Assembly (NCBI GenBank): GCA_030390025.1
Contig: CM059432.1
Span: 67,272,001 to 67,336,000, forward strand
Direction of reading: 5' to 3'
DNA length: 64,000 nt
Source: Squalus acanthias
Taxonomy: Eukaryota
The position numbers and the translations under genes are program-made. This document shows, piece after piece, positions 25,101-37,640 of the stretch; position 1 is the first letter of the stretch, and the number at the start of each line of letters is the position of its first letter. The notes beneath the pieces are model-generated. The model made no database searches. It saw nothing but the letters and a program-made list of their open reading frames with translations, and was not told the origin of the DNA.

Positions 25101-25648
25101 GTAGGTGGGGAGAATGTATTCAGATAAATTTTATCTGAATACCTGTAGTCCTGCTGACAAGAATACACTAGAGGGCAGCAGAGACATATCATAACCAAAC
25201 TACAGTGCACTATATGTGATTTTTCATAGTGGGTGTGTTAATAACCTATTGTTACATGTTATATATATCATATGCAGAGGACATAGGCAGACACATGGCA
25301 GATGAAATTTAACGAAAGTGTGAAGTGATTCATTTTGGTAGGAAGTATGAGGAGAGGCAATATAAACTAAATGGTACAATGTTAAAGTGGATACAGGAAC
25401 AGAGAGACCTGGGATATGCGTACACAAGTCTTTGAAGATGACAGGACAAGTTGAGAAGACTGTTAAATAGGCATACAGGATCCTTGGCTTTATAAATAGA
25501 GGCATAGAGTACAAAGGCAAGGAAGTTATGCTAAACATTTAGGTTAAGGGAATATTTGATAAAGGTGTTCAAAATCATGAACAGTTTTGATAGAGTAAAT
25601 AAGGAGAAACTGTTTCCAGTGGCAGAAGTGTTAGGGTTAGGACATATT

Positions 25649-26409
25649 GGCCCAGAAATTCGGCGCTTGTCGGGTGAGTACGCGCTGTGTACTCACCCGT
25701 AAGGCCACTTGAAGTGCCGGTTTCCTGCATGCACTGCACATGTGCGGGAAACCGGAACTTCCGGTCTCGTGAAGGGAGGGGTTCAGAGGTGAACCGCGTG
25801 CACGGGAGAGGCTGTGCGCATGCAGCGAACTTCGGGTTTTTTTCAGGTTTCTCCGGGAAGGTAAGTATGGAAGAAGCTGCGCTTTTAAAAAGGAGGCGCA
25901 AGACCCGTTTTTAACAAGGTAAGTGGTTAACTAATTACAGTTTAAAAATTTTTTCAACAGGTTTATCTTTTTTAGATACTTTAAAGAAAGGTAAGTTTCT
26001 TTTTAGCACCGTTAAAAAGTATTTTAATTTTTTCAAAAATTAAAATTTTTGTTTAAAGTAGTTAATTTATTTAACTTATAGTTATTTTAAAAATGTGATT
26101 TTTAAAAAATGTATTTGAAGTTTAAGTATGGTTTTGGGGCCGATTTCAGTTGATAGATTTGACAGGTCTTCCTGTCAAATCTATGAATGAAAATGCCCTG
26201 CTAGGATTGGCTCTCCACGGCCCACGTGATCCCAGGGGACGCTTCGAACTAACTGCGCCCCTGGGACACGCAAGCACTGCGCGCCGGCAGCTGGAGGAGG
26301 CCCAGGACCCGAAGTTCCCGTGGGTCCAAAACACAATGGCAGGCGCGGTAGGTAAGTACGCGCGCGATGCTTGCACCCGCAGGAAGCCGGAAAACCTAAT
26401 TTCTGGCCC
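25649..26409. mobile_element. Harbinger-type MITE inserted only in duplication copy B
   Basis: TIRs GGCCCAGAAATT / AATTTCTGGCCC; absent at paralogous 21485; GTACGC subterminal motifs; AT-rich centre. Confidence 0.85.
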
Positions 26410-26914
26410 CATGCAGCTACTGTGATCCTTTTGTATTGTGGCAATCCACTATCCCATCCCCCCCCCACTCTTTGCCCTTGCACAGCAAGTTAAAGGCTGA
26501 CTGCTCGGAGTCAGGAACTATCCCCCGTACCCTTGGCTCATGTCTCCTCTTACAAACACATGCTCAACTGTGGAACTCAGCTACAATCAAATCAATCAAC
26601 TCTACTACAATAATTGAGCAGGCAATTGGAGTACTCAAACAGTGATTCTGATGCCTGGACAGTTTAGTCGATATCCTGCAATACAGCCCAAAAGAAGTGG
26701 CTTGCTGTATGCTGCATAAATTCGCTCTGAAATGGAGACAACACATGGAGCCACCATTGGACGAGGACCTTCAGCATGATGACGGAGAGGACTCTGATGA
26801 CCGAGAGGATGATGAGAAAACGGGAGGGCACCAACATCAGCCTGCAGACAGAGCTGGTCGGCAGCAACTCATTGAAGAGCACTTCAGCTGTACAATCCCT
26901 GCTCCCCTACACTA

Positions 26915-27225
26915 ACCCAACAGGTTCACTAATGTCCTTTAGGGAAGGAAATCTGCCATCCTTCCCCTGTCTGGCCTATATGTGACTCCAGACCCACAGC
27001 AATGTGATTGAACCGTAACTGCCCTCTGAATGGACCTAGCAAGCCACTCAGTTGTACCAAACCGCTACGACAAAATCAGCACTGTGGGAGAACCTTCATC
27101 ACACGGACTGCAGCGGTTCAAGAAGGCGGCTCACCACCACCTTCTCAAGGGCAATTAGGGATGGGCAATAAATGCTGGCCTTGCCAATGACGCCCACATC
27201 CCATGAAAGAATAAATTTAAAAAAA
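26915..27225 (+). mobile_element. SINE 3' part (family of 2337) with LINE-derived tail
   Basis: Core match to 2490-2613; tail matches the 3' end of the LINE at 32020-32133. Confidence 0.8.
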
Positions 27226-27984
27226 GTCATGTCCAACATATATCCAGTCCTTCCTCCCTCAAATACATAGGATCTGACCAAAGACCAACATTGATATTCC
27301 TCTCAATGAATGTTGCAGGATTTTGGAAACCACTCTCTTCACAGGATCACAGGCTGTGGCACTGGTCTAAACCTTTTAAGAAAAGTGCAGAGCATAAACT
27401 GGTGAGGAAATCTATGCAATGAATTTCATTTAAATGACTTCCTCCCGTGTATAAGATGATGAGACATAAATAACAAAACTAAGAATGGAAAAAAAACTTG
27501 TTAAAGACTTGTTGACTGCGTGTTAATGCCGAGAACATGTTTGTTGAAGATTTTTGTGCAGAAGCTGTTGATGCTTTCTTCAACATAGTAACAACTTGAG
27601 AGGTTGATATTCTCATCTCAGATCTGCTGTAAATTTATGAACAGAGATGAAGCTGCAAGTCTCATCAGCTTATATCTGTTTCAGCACAACACTGTAGTGT
27701 TGCAGCAGCTGTTGCTGATAGCTTTCAGCCAGCTCCTGCTTGCATCTGTCAGCCCTGCTATCACTATACAGTTCACCCTGCCATGAAAACCAGTAAGCTC
27801 CTTGATACCAGATCACATGGCCGCAAATTCAGACCATGTCGCCCTGACATCAGATCACAGTTCTGACATTGGACGCTGCCCTGATGTCAGACCACACACT
27901 GAATCAAACAAGTTACTGATAATAAAAACAGAAAATGCTGGAAACTTTTAGAAGGTCAGGCAGCATCTGTGGAGAGAGAAATAG

Positions 27985-28021
27985 AGTTAACGTTTCAGGT
28001 CGATGAACTTTCATCAGAACT
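27985..28021 (-). ncRNA. Minimal type-I hammerhead ribozyme motif (duplicate of 23035-23071)
   Basis: Identical core sequence. Confidence 0.7.
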
Positions 28022-28884
28022 GGAAGCTGCTGGCGATGAATATCTTTTAAGCAAGTACAGAGCCAGGGAAAAGGGGGTTGGAGGGAAAGAATAAAGGGAA
28101 GGTCTGTTATAGGGCTGAAGGCAGGAGTGATTTAATGACAAAAGGGACGATGGTGCAAGGCAAAATGGGACATACTTGGAAACAAAAGATGGTTCTGGAG
28201 GAGGACCCATGGTTACAGAATGTCCAAGAGAAAAAGGGAGCGGTGACACTGAGAAAACTGTAATTTATTCTCCACTTATGGCCCTTTAAGACTAACTGTG
28301 GCCGATCTTTCAGGACCTCTGCTGGGCGGGAACGGGGCGGTAGTGCTCCGGAAATAGCGGTGCAGCAATTACAGCCCCGTTCCTATTGCCACTTCAGCCA
28401 TTGGCATTGATGATCCGCCCTGCAAATGGGCGAACAGCGTTCCTGCCTGTTTCATGCAGGAGGTTACTTTTAATATACTAATTGGGGTCCCACACCATTT
28501 GTAGGACCCCGACATAATTTTCAGATACCAATGAGTGGAGTGTGCACTGCATAGGCGCTGCACATAGGTACCTTAAAAGGATCACTGCAGGACACTCAGA
28601 AAATGTGACTAAAAATGCAGTGACATAAAGTAAAAATTGGCCCCATTGATTTCTCAGATGTCAAGTAATGGACAGATCAATCAACCCTAATATGAACAGT
28701 ATGGCCTTGATAATAACGGGGAGCGAGTGGGGGTTGGAGGTTTAGCAGCCGGGGAACCCAGAAGTACGGATATCCCATAGGTTCTGCCGAATTTAACCTC
28801 TTTTAAATTTTTTGAGTCTGTTTCGCAGTTGCAACCAGCTAGATTGAGGCTGTCGGGTGAGTAGGCTTGCAGCACCAGGCCCTA

Positions 28885-29180
28885 CCGGGGGTCAGACATT
28901 CGGGAGGGGTAGTGGGCTCGGTCATCGGAGGGAGAGTCAGACATCAGGGGTGTCGGATATCGGGGGGCGGAGTCAGACATTGGGGGGAGTTGGACATTGG
29001 AGAGAGGTGAGCCGGACGTGGGGGGACGGGAAATCGGACATCAGCGGGGAGTCGGAGATCGGGGTTGGACATTGGAGAGAGGTGAGTCGGACATGGGGGA
29101 ACGGGGAGTTGGACATCGGGGGGAGTCAGACATCAGGGGTGGGGATTTGGACATCAGCGGGGGAGTCGGAGATTGGGGGA
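28885..29180. repeat. Degenerate G-rich minisatellite, unit ~GAGTCGGACATCGGGG
   Basis: More than a dozen imperfect units; a much shorter array lies at paralogous 24120-24220. Confidence 0.8.
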
Positions 29181-29348
29181 GTTCTGATCACAAGGCAGTG
29201 GTCCAATCGTGCGGGGGGGGGGTGGGCCCTGATTGTGGGGATGGAAGCAGGTAAGCTTCATGGCCCAGGGGGCAGCACTCCTGCTCTTCTTGGCCCACAA
29301 GCAGTGCTGGAATGTCAATTACCTATTCCATCCAGCTGTTCTCGACAC

Positions 29349-31138
29349 CGCATAAAAACAGATTGTAAAAGCTTCTATAGGTAGGTAAAAAGGAAGAGAT
29401 TAGTGAAAGCAAACGTAGGCCCCTTAGAGGCAGAGACAGGAGAAATTATAATGGGGAATAAGGAAATGGCAGAGACATTAAACAAATATCTTGTATCTGT
29501 CTTCACAGTAGATGACACAAAAAACATTCCGGAAATAGTGGGGAACCAATGAATGAGGAACTTAAAGAAATTAGTAATAGTAAAGAAATAGTACTGGAGA
29601 AATTAATGGGACTAAAAGTCGATAAATGCACCTGATGGCCTACATCCTAGTGTTTAAAAAGAGACGGCTAGAGATAGAGGAAGCATTCATTTTGATCTTC
29701 CAGAATTCCATAGATTCTAGAACAGTCCCTGTGGATTGGAAGGTAGCAAACGTAACTCCGCTATTCAAGAATGGAGGGAGAAAGAAAACAGGGAACTATA
29801 GCCTGACATCAGTAGTAGGGAAAATGCTAGAATCTATTATATTAGAGATGTGGTAACAGGGCATTTAGAAAATCCTAACATGATTGGGCAGTCAGCATGG
29901 ATTTATGAAAGAGAAATCGTGTTTGACAAATCTGTTGCAGTTTTTTGAGGCTGTAACTAGCAGGGTAGATAAGGGGGAACCAGTGGATGTAATATATTTG
30001 GATTTTCAAAAAGCATTGGTTAAGGTGCCACACAAGAGGTTATTACACAAAACTAGGGCTCATGGGATTGGGGATTGGTTAACGGACAGAAACAGAGTGT
30101 AGGAATAAGTTGGCAGGCTGTAACTAATGGGCTACTACAAGGATCAGTGCTTGGGCCTCAGCTATTTACAATCTATATCAATAACTTAGATGAGGGGACA
30201 GAGTGTAATCTATCCAAGTTTGCTGATAATACAAAGTTAGGTGGAACAGTAAGCTGTGAGGAGTACGCAAAGAGGCTGCAAAGGGATATAGACAGGTTAA
30301 GTGAGCAAGAGCATGGCAGATGGAATATAATTTAGAGAAGTATAATGTTATCCACTTTGGGTAGGAAAAATAGAAAAGTAGAATATTTTTTAAACAGTGA
30401 GAGACTGGGAAATGTTGGTATTCAGAGGGACGTGGGTGTCCTTGTACACAAATCACTGAAAGTTAGCATGCAGGTACAGCAATAAATTTGGAACACAAAT
30501 GATATGTTAGCCATTATTACTAAGGGATTGGAATATAAGAGTAAAGAAGTCTTACTACAATTATACTGGGCCTTGGTGAGACCACACCTGGAGTACTGTG
30601 TACAGTTTTGGTCTCCTTAGCTAAGGAAGGATATACTTGCCTTAGAGGGAGTGCAACAAAGGTTTACTAGACTGATTCCTGGGATGAAGGGATTGTCCTA
30701 TGAGGAGAGATTGAGTAAACTAGGCCTATATTCTCTAGACTTTAGAAGAATGAGATATGATCTCATTGAAACATATAAAATTCTTAAGGGGCTTGACAGT
30801 AGATGCTGTGAGGATGTTTCCCCTGGTTGAGGAGTCAAGAACTAGGGGTCACTGACTTAGAATAAGGGGTCAGCCATTTAGGACTGAGATGAGGAGAGAT
30901 TTCTTCATTCAAATGTTTGCGAATCTTTGGAATTCTCATCCCCAGAGAGCTGTGGATGCTCAGTCATTGAATATATTCAAGACAGAGATTGATAGATTTT
31001 TGGATACTAAGGGAATCAAAGGATTGGGGCTAGTGTGGGAAAATGGAGTTGAGGTAGAAAATCAGCTATGATCTTATTGTATGACGGAGCAGGCTCGAAG
31101 GGCCGTATGGTCTACTCCTGCTCCTATTACTTATGATC
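29349..31138 (+). mobile_element. CR1 LINE (RT domain to 3'UTR), decayed
   Basis: DWKVANVTPLFK; QHGF; DVIYLDFQKA; QGSVLGP; KFADN; 3'UTR. Confidence 0.93.
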
Positions 31139-31140
31139 AT

Positions 31141-32133
31141 ATTTTCAGCTGCATGAGTTCCTTAGGGCAGTGTCCTAGGCCTAACCATCTTCAGCTACTT
31201 CACAGTAACCTTCCCTCCATCATAAGGTCAGAAGTGGGGATGATCGCTGATGACTGCAGTGTTCAGTTCCATTCACAACTCCTCAGAAAATGAAGCAGTC
31301 CGTGACCGCATGCAGCAAGACCTGGAAAACATTCAAGCTTGATAAATGGCAGTAACATTCGTGCAACACAAGTGCCAGGCAATGACCATCTCCAACAAGA
31401 GATGGGTCTAACCACCTCCCCTTGACATTCAACGGGATTACCCTCGCCTAATCCCTGACCATCAACATCCTGGGGGGTCACCATTGACCAGAAACTTAAC
31501 TGGACCAGCCACATAAATACTGTGGCTACAAGAGCAAGTCAGAGGCTGGGTAGTCTGTGGCAAGTGTCTCACCTTCTGACTCCCCAAAGCCTTTCACCAT
31601 CTACAAGGCACAAGTCAGGAGTGTGATGAAATACTCTCCACTTGCCTTGTCGAGTGCAGCTCCAACAACACTCAAGAAGCTTGACACCATCCAGCATAAA
31701 GCAACCCGCTTGATAGGCACCCCATCCACCACCTTAAACATTCACTCCCTCCACCACCAGCACACCGTGGCTGCAGTGTGTACCATCTACAAGATGCACT
31801 GCAACAACTTGCCAAGTCTTCTTCGACAGCACCTCCCAAACCTGCAACCTCTTCCACCTAGAAGGACAAGGACAGCAGGTGCATGGGAACCCCACCACCT
31901 CCAAGTTCTCCTCTAAGTCACACACCATCCTGACTTGGAAATATATCACCGTTCCTTCATTGTCGCTGGGTCAAAATCTTGGAACTCCCTCCGTAACAGC
32001 ACTGAGTGTATATCTTTACCACATGGACTGCAGCAGTTCAAGAAGGCTGCTCATCACCACCTACTCAAGGCCAATTAGGGATGGGCAATAAATGTTGGCC
32101 TTGCCAGTGACGCTCACATCCCATGAATGAATA
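31141..32133 (+). mobile_element. L2-group LINE 3' fragment (RT C-terminus plus 3'UTR)
   Basis: GQCPRP/(QGSVLGP-like), MIADD, TIYKAQVRSVMKYS...LDTIQ; tail CCCATGAATGAAT. Confidence 0.85.
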
Positions 32134-32807
32134 GAAAAGCTGCCAGGTGGCTGGCCAGCGTTAAGTCTGGAACAGAGGTAAAATCTTTAGCACGCAGTCT
32201 CATGACCGGCCCGCTTTTGGAGAGCAATTTAGTCACCTGCACCCCAATCTGCCTCCATTAAAACCAGAAGTGATAAGTTGGGGTCGGGTTTCCCATTTCT
32301 TTGTTGTTAACCACCCCCCCCCCCCCCCCCACCCACCTTGGGGGTTAAAATTTCCCCCTAAGTTTATACGTACGGGTTTGCTCTTATGAATGAAAAGAAA
32401 TCTACTCATGACTCATACACAGGAATTAAGTTACTTTATTCATTTCAGTATGTGCTGTTACTGGGACTGGGTGATCTGACAGGGGGACTGTGTTGGCTGA
32501 TATTGGGGCTGTGGTCTAACAGTGTGAGTGTAGGTCTGACAGAAATTGGGACTATGTGGTATAGACTCTCATGAGGGGCGGGGTTCGATTAGGGCTATCA
32601 CAGGAGGGCAAGCTGTGTCGTAGCAGTGGTGGGGGAACTGAGTTATGCTTGAAGGAATGTGATGTCTCCTTCTAGTGGGGTAGGGTGTATGCTACATGTA
32701 TATACCTGAAGGAGAATATATATATATGCCAGGCAGTAAACTGGGATGTACAACAATTTACAACTACCACTGTTTCCCTCACATTTCTGAGTAAAGAGTA
32801 GATTTAT

Positions 32808-33689
32808 GGGGGAGAAATTCAGTATCGCCCCATTTGGGGTGCAATTATCGGCCGGGCGTAAAGATTAGCGCCTGGCGCTAATTATTGCCACCGACTGCAA
32901 ACTTGACTTTTATCGACCCTGGAGGTGATTGGAGCGCTAAATCAGGCGCTTCACACCTGTCTTAAGGCGCAAAGGCCGAGGAGCGAGGCGCTACCTCAGA
33001 GCGCTGGCGAAGCTCATGTAATGACAGTCAGCAATGGAACATACACACAATGGCACGGGCCAGTTCTTAAAGGGGATGGTTAATCTTGCTTTCCATCCAC
33101 ATCCTGCTCATTGCAGCCTTGAATCTCGGCCTGGAGAGACCTGCACATCAAATCTGCTGGAAAGAACAATGGAGAGTACGAGGCAAAGAGCTCAGAGTGC
33201 AGCCCCCACAGTCTCTTCTAAATCGATACAAGGAAGGGCAAATCAAAATGAACCTGCAAAGTGCTGCTCAGTACCCAAAATTCCTTCACACAACGTTGAA
33301 TCTCTCCAGAAGTCTCTCTCTCTCTCTCTCAGAATGCGTAGTTCAAAAATGGCACCAACAATAAAAGGCAGGAAGCGGTCACCTTTAAATAGCGCTCCCC
33401 CTTTCCCTTCATGACTGCAGAACGCTCCCCTCAACCTGTCGTTGCTAGCGTCAGGCGGTAAGGCAGGGGGCGCCACTCAATATCCGCTCCGGGGCGTTGC
33501 GCACTCGACTGACGTCACGATCTGCCGGCGCAGGAGATCGTGGCGGTAGTGTTTAGCGCCGCCGCAAAATGTCTAGTTAATTTTGCGAGCGGCGCAAACT
33601 TCGCCGCGCCTGGGCGCTAGATGCTTTGCGCCCCATTAGCGCCCTCTTAAGGCGCTAACGGGAGGCGCAACCAACTGAATTTTTCCCCC
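32808..33689. mobile_element. Non-autonomous Harbinger (882 bp) derived from the family at 1-1476
   Basis: TIRs GGGGGAGAAATTCAG / CTGAATTTTTCCCCC; TAT TSD, with the empty site at 24754-24756; 32808-33190 matches revcomp of 1100-1476. Confidence 0.93.
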
Positions 33690-33952
33690 TATGACTTTTA
33701 ACATTTCTTAGCTTGTTAACTGCTTGAGAAGTGTAAAGTTGACCATCTGTGCAGGTATATGTCGATTGGTCAGTTTATGTTTCACCATAGCAAATTCCAG
33801 AGGCCCAAGTCCGACTTGTCGAAACCCAGATGTGCCACCAGTTTGAGTCACACAAAGAATTGGGTGAAATTTAATAGTTATTTCTAAAGGGAGAAAATGT
33901 TGTCCTTTGTTTTATTCCCCAAGTTCTAATATGCTAACCACGTACTTTTCAG

Positions 33953-34036
33953 CCAGAAGTTTAACAAATGATTTGCAACACAACCAAGACAAGCTCCTTC
34001 TGTTGGATGCAAGTGCCATTCCATACACTACATCAA
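33953..34036 (+). other. Candidate host exon, 84 nt, copy B
   Basis: Same splice signals as 25017-25100; single difference CAG>CAA is synonymous in the open frame. Confidence 0.45.
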
Positions 34037-34629
34037 GTAGGTGGGGAGAATGTGTTCAGATAAATGTTATCTTAATACCTGTAGTCCTGCTGATAAGAAT
34101 ACACTAGAGGGCAGCAGAGACATATCATAACCAAACTACAGTGCACTATATGTGATTTAGCATAGTGGGTGTGTTAATAACCTATTGTTACATGTTATAT
34201 ATATCATATGCAGAATAAATTTCCAGGAGCTATTACAATGTGCATCAGAAAAATAATGAAAATAGTTCTAAGTAACTCCACAGGTGCACAGAGTTTACAC
34301 ATTTTGTTTTCAATAACAAGTTACTTAAAACAGAAGCTTTCTTGACCAATAACCAGTTACAAATGTAAACAGCATTCATAATTATTTGGTATCCTGATGT
34401 AATTAAATACCATTTCTTATCACATCTGTCCATTTTGTTGAATTATTGTCTGCACTACAACGTAAAACTTTGAGTAGTGTCCTCCACATATTAATAAAGG
34501 ATTCAGGTGGCATCTGGGAAGTAGCACTGGATTACATTAGCTTCTTAATATGGAACTGGAGCAAACAAGCAATTTTGTCACTGCAAGCTAATGTCTCGAG
34601 GAAATAGTTTTTAACACTGGGATAATGGG

Positions 34630-36552
34630 CAGGTACTCTAATTGACAGGATGTGACTAGTGATGTCCTGCAGGGATCTGTGTTGGGGCCTCAACTATTCA
34701 CTATTTATTGACGACTTAGATGATGGCAGTGAAAGTCATATATCCAAATTTGCCGATGACACAACGATAGGCAGCATTGTAGGTAGTGTAGATGAAAGCA
34801 TAATATTACAAATGGATATCGACAGATTAGGTGAATGAGCAAAACTGTGGCAAACGGATTTCAATGTAGGCAAATGCGAGGTCATCCACTTTGGATCTAA
34901 AAAGGATTGAACAGGGTGCTTTATAAATGGTGAAAAGCTAAAAACAGTGGAGGTCCAAAGAGACTTGGGGGTCCAGGTACATAGATCATTAAAATGTCAT
35001 GACCAGACACAGAAAATAATTAAAGGCTAATGGAATGCTGGCCTTTATATAGAGTCATAACAGCACAGAAGGAGGGCACTCAGCCCATCGAGTCCGTGCC
35101 GGCTCTCTGTAGAGCAATCCAGTCAGTCCCATTCCCCCGCTCTATCCCCGTAGCCCTGCAAGTTTATTTCCCTCAAGTGCCTATCCAGTCTCCCTTTGAA
35201 AACATTGAGTGTCTTCACTTCCGTCGGTAGCGAATTCCAGGTCATCACCACTCGCTGCGTAAAAAAAGTTTTTCCTCACGTCCCCCCTGTATCTCTTGCC
35301 CAAAACCTTAAATCTGTGTCCTCTAGTCCTTGTACCATCAACTATTGGGAACAGCCTTTACCCGTCTAGCCAATCCAAACCCATCATAATCTTGTACACC
35401 TCAATCAAATCACTCCTCAACCTCCTTTGCTCGAATGAGAACAAATCCAGCTTCTCCAACCTGTCCTTGTAGCTAAGATCCCCCATCCCCAGAGCCATTC
35501 TGGTAAATCTCTGTACCCTCTCAAGGGCCTTCACATCCTTCCTAAAGTGTGGTGACCAGAGATGGACGCAATGCTCCAGTTGTGGCCTAACCAGCACTTT
35601 ATAAAGGTTCAGCATAACTTCTCTACTTTTGTACTCAATACCTCTATTTATGAAGCCCAAGATCCCATATGCTTTGCTAACCACTCTCTCAATATGTCCT
35701 GCCACCTTCAGGGACCTATGCACATTAACTCCCAGGTCCCTCTGTCCCTGCACACTCTTTAAAACTGTGCCATTAAGTGTATATTGCCTCTCCCTGTTCC
35801 TTCTGCCAAAATGCATCACCTCCCACTTCTCTGTATTAAATTCCATCTGCCTATTCTGCTAGCCTTTCTATGTCCTGTTGCAGTCGATTGGTATCAACAT
35901 CACTGTTTGCCACCCCCCTCCCCCAAGTTTGGTATCTAGAAGACTAGAATACAAGGGGGTAGAAGTTATGCTGCAGCTATACAAAACCCTGGTTAGACTA
36001 CACCTGGAGTACTGTGATCAGTTCTAGGCACCACACCTTAGGAAGGATATATTGGCCTTTTAGAAAGTTCAGCGTAGGTTTACCAGAATGATACCCGGAC
36101 TTCAAGGGTTAAGTTACAAGGAGAGATTACACAAATTAGGGTTGTATTCCCTAGAATTTAGAAGGTTAAGGGGTGATCTGATCGAAGTTTTCAGGATATT
36201 ATGTGAACAGATAGGGTAGATAGAGAGAATCTATTTCCACTGGTTGGGGATTCTAGGACTTCGGGGCATAGTTTAAATATTAGAGCCAGACATTTCAAGA
36301 GTGAAATTAGGAAACACTTCTACACACAAACGGTAGTAGAAGTTTGGAACTCTTCTGCAAACGACAATTGGTGCTAGATCAACTGTTCATTTTAAATTGG
36401 AGATTGATAGCCTTTTTTTAACTAAAGGTACTAAGGGATATGGGACAAAGGCGGGTATATGGAGTTTGGTCGCAGATCAGCCATGATTTCATTGAATGGC
36501 AGAACAGGCTCGAGGGGCTCAATGGTCTACTCCTGTTCCTATGTTTCTATGT
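34630..36552 (+). mobile_element. CR1 LINE fragment interrupted at 35050-35935 by an opposite-strand CR1
   Basis: QGSVLGP/FADD remnants; MLAFI|SRRLEYK continuity across the insertion; 3'UTR. Confidence 0.88.
35050..35935 (-). mobile_element. CR1 LINE 3' fragment nested in another CR1
   Basis: ORF 35358-35846 RT C-terminus; tail TATGACTCTAT. Confidence 0.9.
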
Positions 36553-37169
36553 TAATTAGGCTGTCGCAATTTGAAAAATTACTGCTAAGACATGGTTATT
36601 TATCATTATCTGATATCAAAAATTTACATTTCCTATTTGGATATGAAATGGTACTATCGAATAATAGGGGACTAGGTATTGCAACAGGTTACCACGGGGT
36701 TCTTTCACCTCTGGGAACTGATGTTATCGACCTTGATTACATCTTTGGGCAGCCCATTCCAAACATTCATCACCCACTGTGTGAAGTAGTTATGGAAGTA
36801 GGAATGTATTATGAAAGCAGGATCACATTATGAATGCAGGAATATCCTTTGATTGTGGTTTTAAGATAAATTTTATGAATTTGTCTTCTGAGAGCAGAGA
36901 CACGAATGCCGAGAGTACAAATCAGGATTTTGTGCTGGGATTTTCCATCCATTAAATAACTGCCTATTTGCCTTCAGGATTATGAGTTTGTACAACGTAC
37001 TATTTTTCTTCTTTAAAAATAGGCAATCTTATCAGAGATTAATTGTATGTGACAGCTGTTTATGATTACTTTCTATGAATATATATAAGAAGCATTACGT
37101 ATGTCACTATTATACTGCCACCCATTTAGTTTGGATGTGCTGGCACCCTGCATTTATACTACTAAATAT

Positions 37170-37640
37170 AAAAAGCAAGTCTTGCATTTATATAGTGCCT
37201 TTCACAACCTCAGGATGTCCCAAAGTGCTTTTATAACCAATGAAGTACTTTTGAAGTGTAGTCACTGTTGTAATGTAGGAAACATGGGAGCCACTTTGCA
37301 TACAGAAAGGTCCCACAAACAGCAATGTGATAATGACCAGATAATCTGTTTTAGTGATGTTGGTTGAGAGATAAACGTTGGCCAGGACACCAGGAAGAAC
37401 TCCCCAGCTCCTCTTCAAATAGTGCCATGGCATCTTTTATGTCCACCTGAGAGGGCAGGCCAGGCCTCAGTTTATCATCTCATCTGAAAGATGGCACCTC
37501 CAACAGTGCAGCACCCCTTTGGTATTCCACATAATGTGTCAGCCTAAATTTTGTGCTTAAGTCTCTGGAGTGGGACTTGAACCCACAACCTTCTGACCTC
37601 AGAGGTGATATGTGCTACTAACTGAGCCACAGCTGACACT
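37170..37640 (-). mobile_element. Full-length Deu-domain tRNA SINE
   Basis: Minus strand A box TGGCTCAGTTAG, B box GGTTCAAGTCC, Deu core, L2-like tail. Confidence 0.88.

Larger units (their letters stand above)
20913..34215. repeat. Tandem segmental duplication: copy A 20913-25278, copy B 25273-34215 (B enlarged by later TE insertions)
   Basis: Collinear homology throughout; TGCAGA(A) present at the left edge, the junction and the right edge. Confidence 0.93.

Noticed and set aside
28857..29384. 175-aa Gly-rich ORF as a real gene
   Set aside because: Translation of a G-rich minisatellite inside a MITE
20913..34215. Duplication as an assembly artefact
   Set aside because: The copies differ by many substitutions and by independent TE insertions, at least one with a clear TSD, so the duplication is real and old
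37560..37640. tRNA gene
   Set aside because: The A/B boxes belong to the tRNA-derived head of a Deu-SINE; no complete cloverleaf is evident
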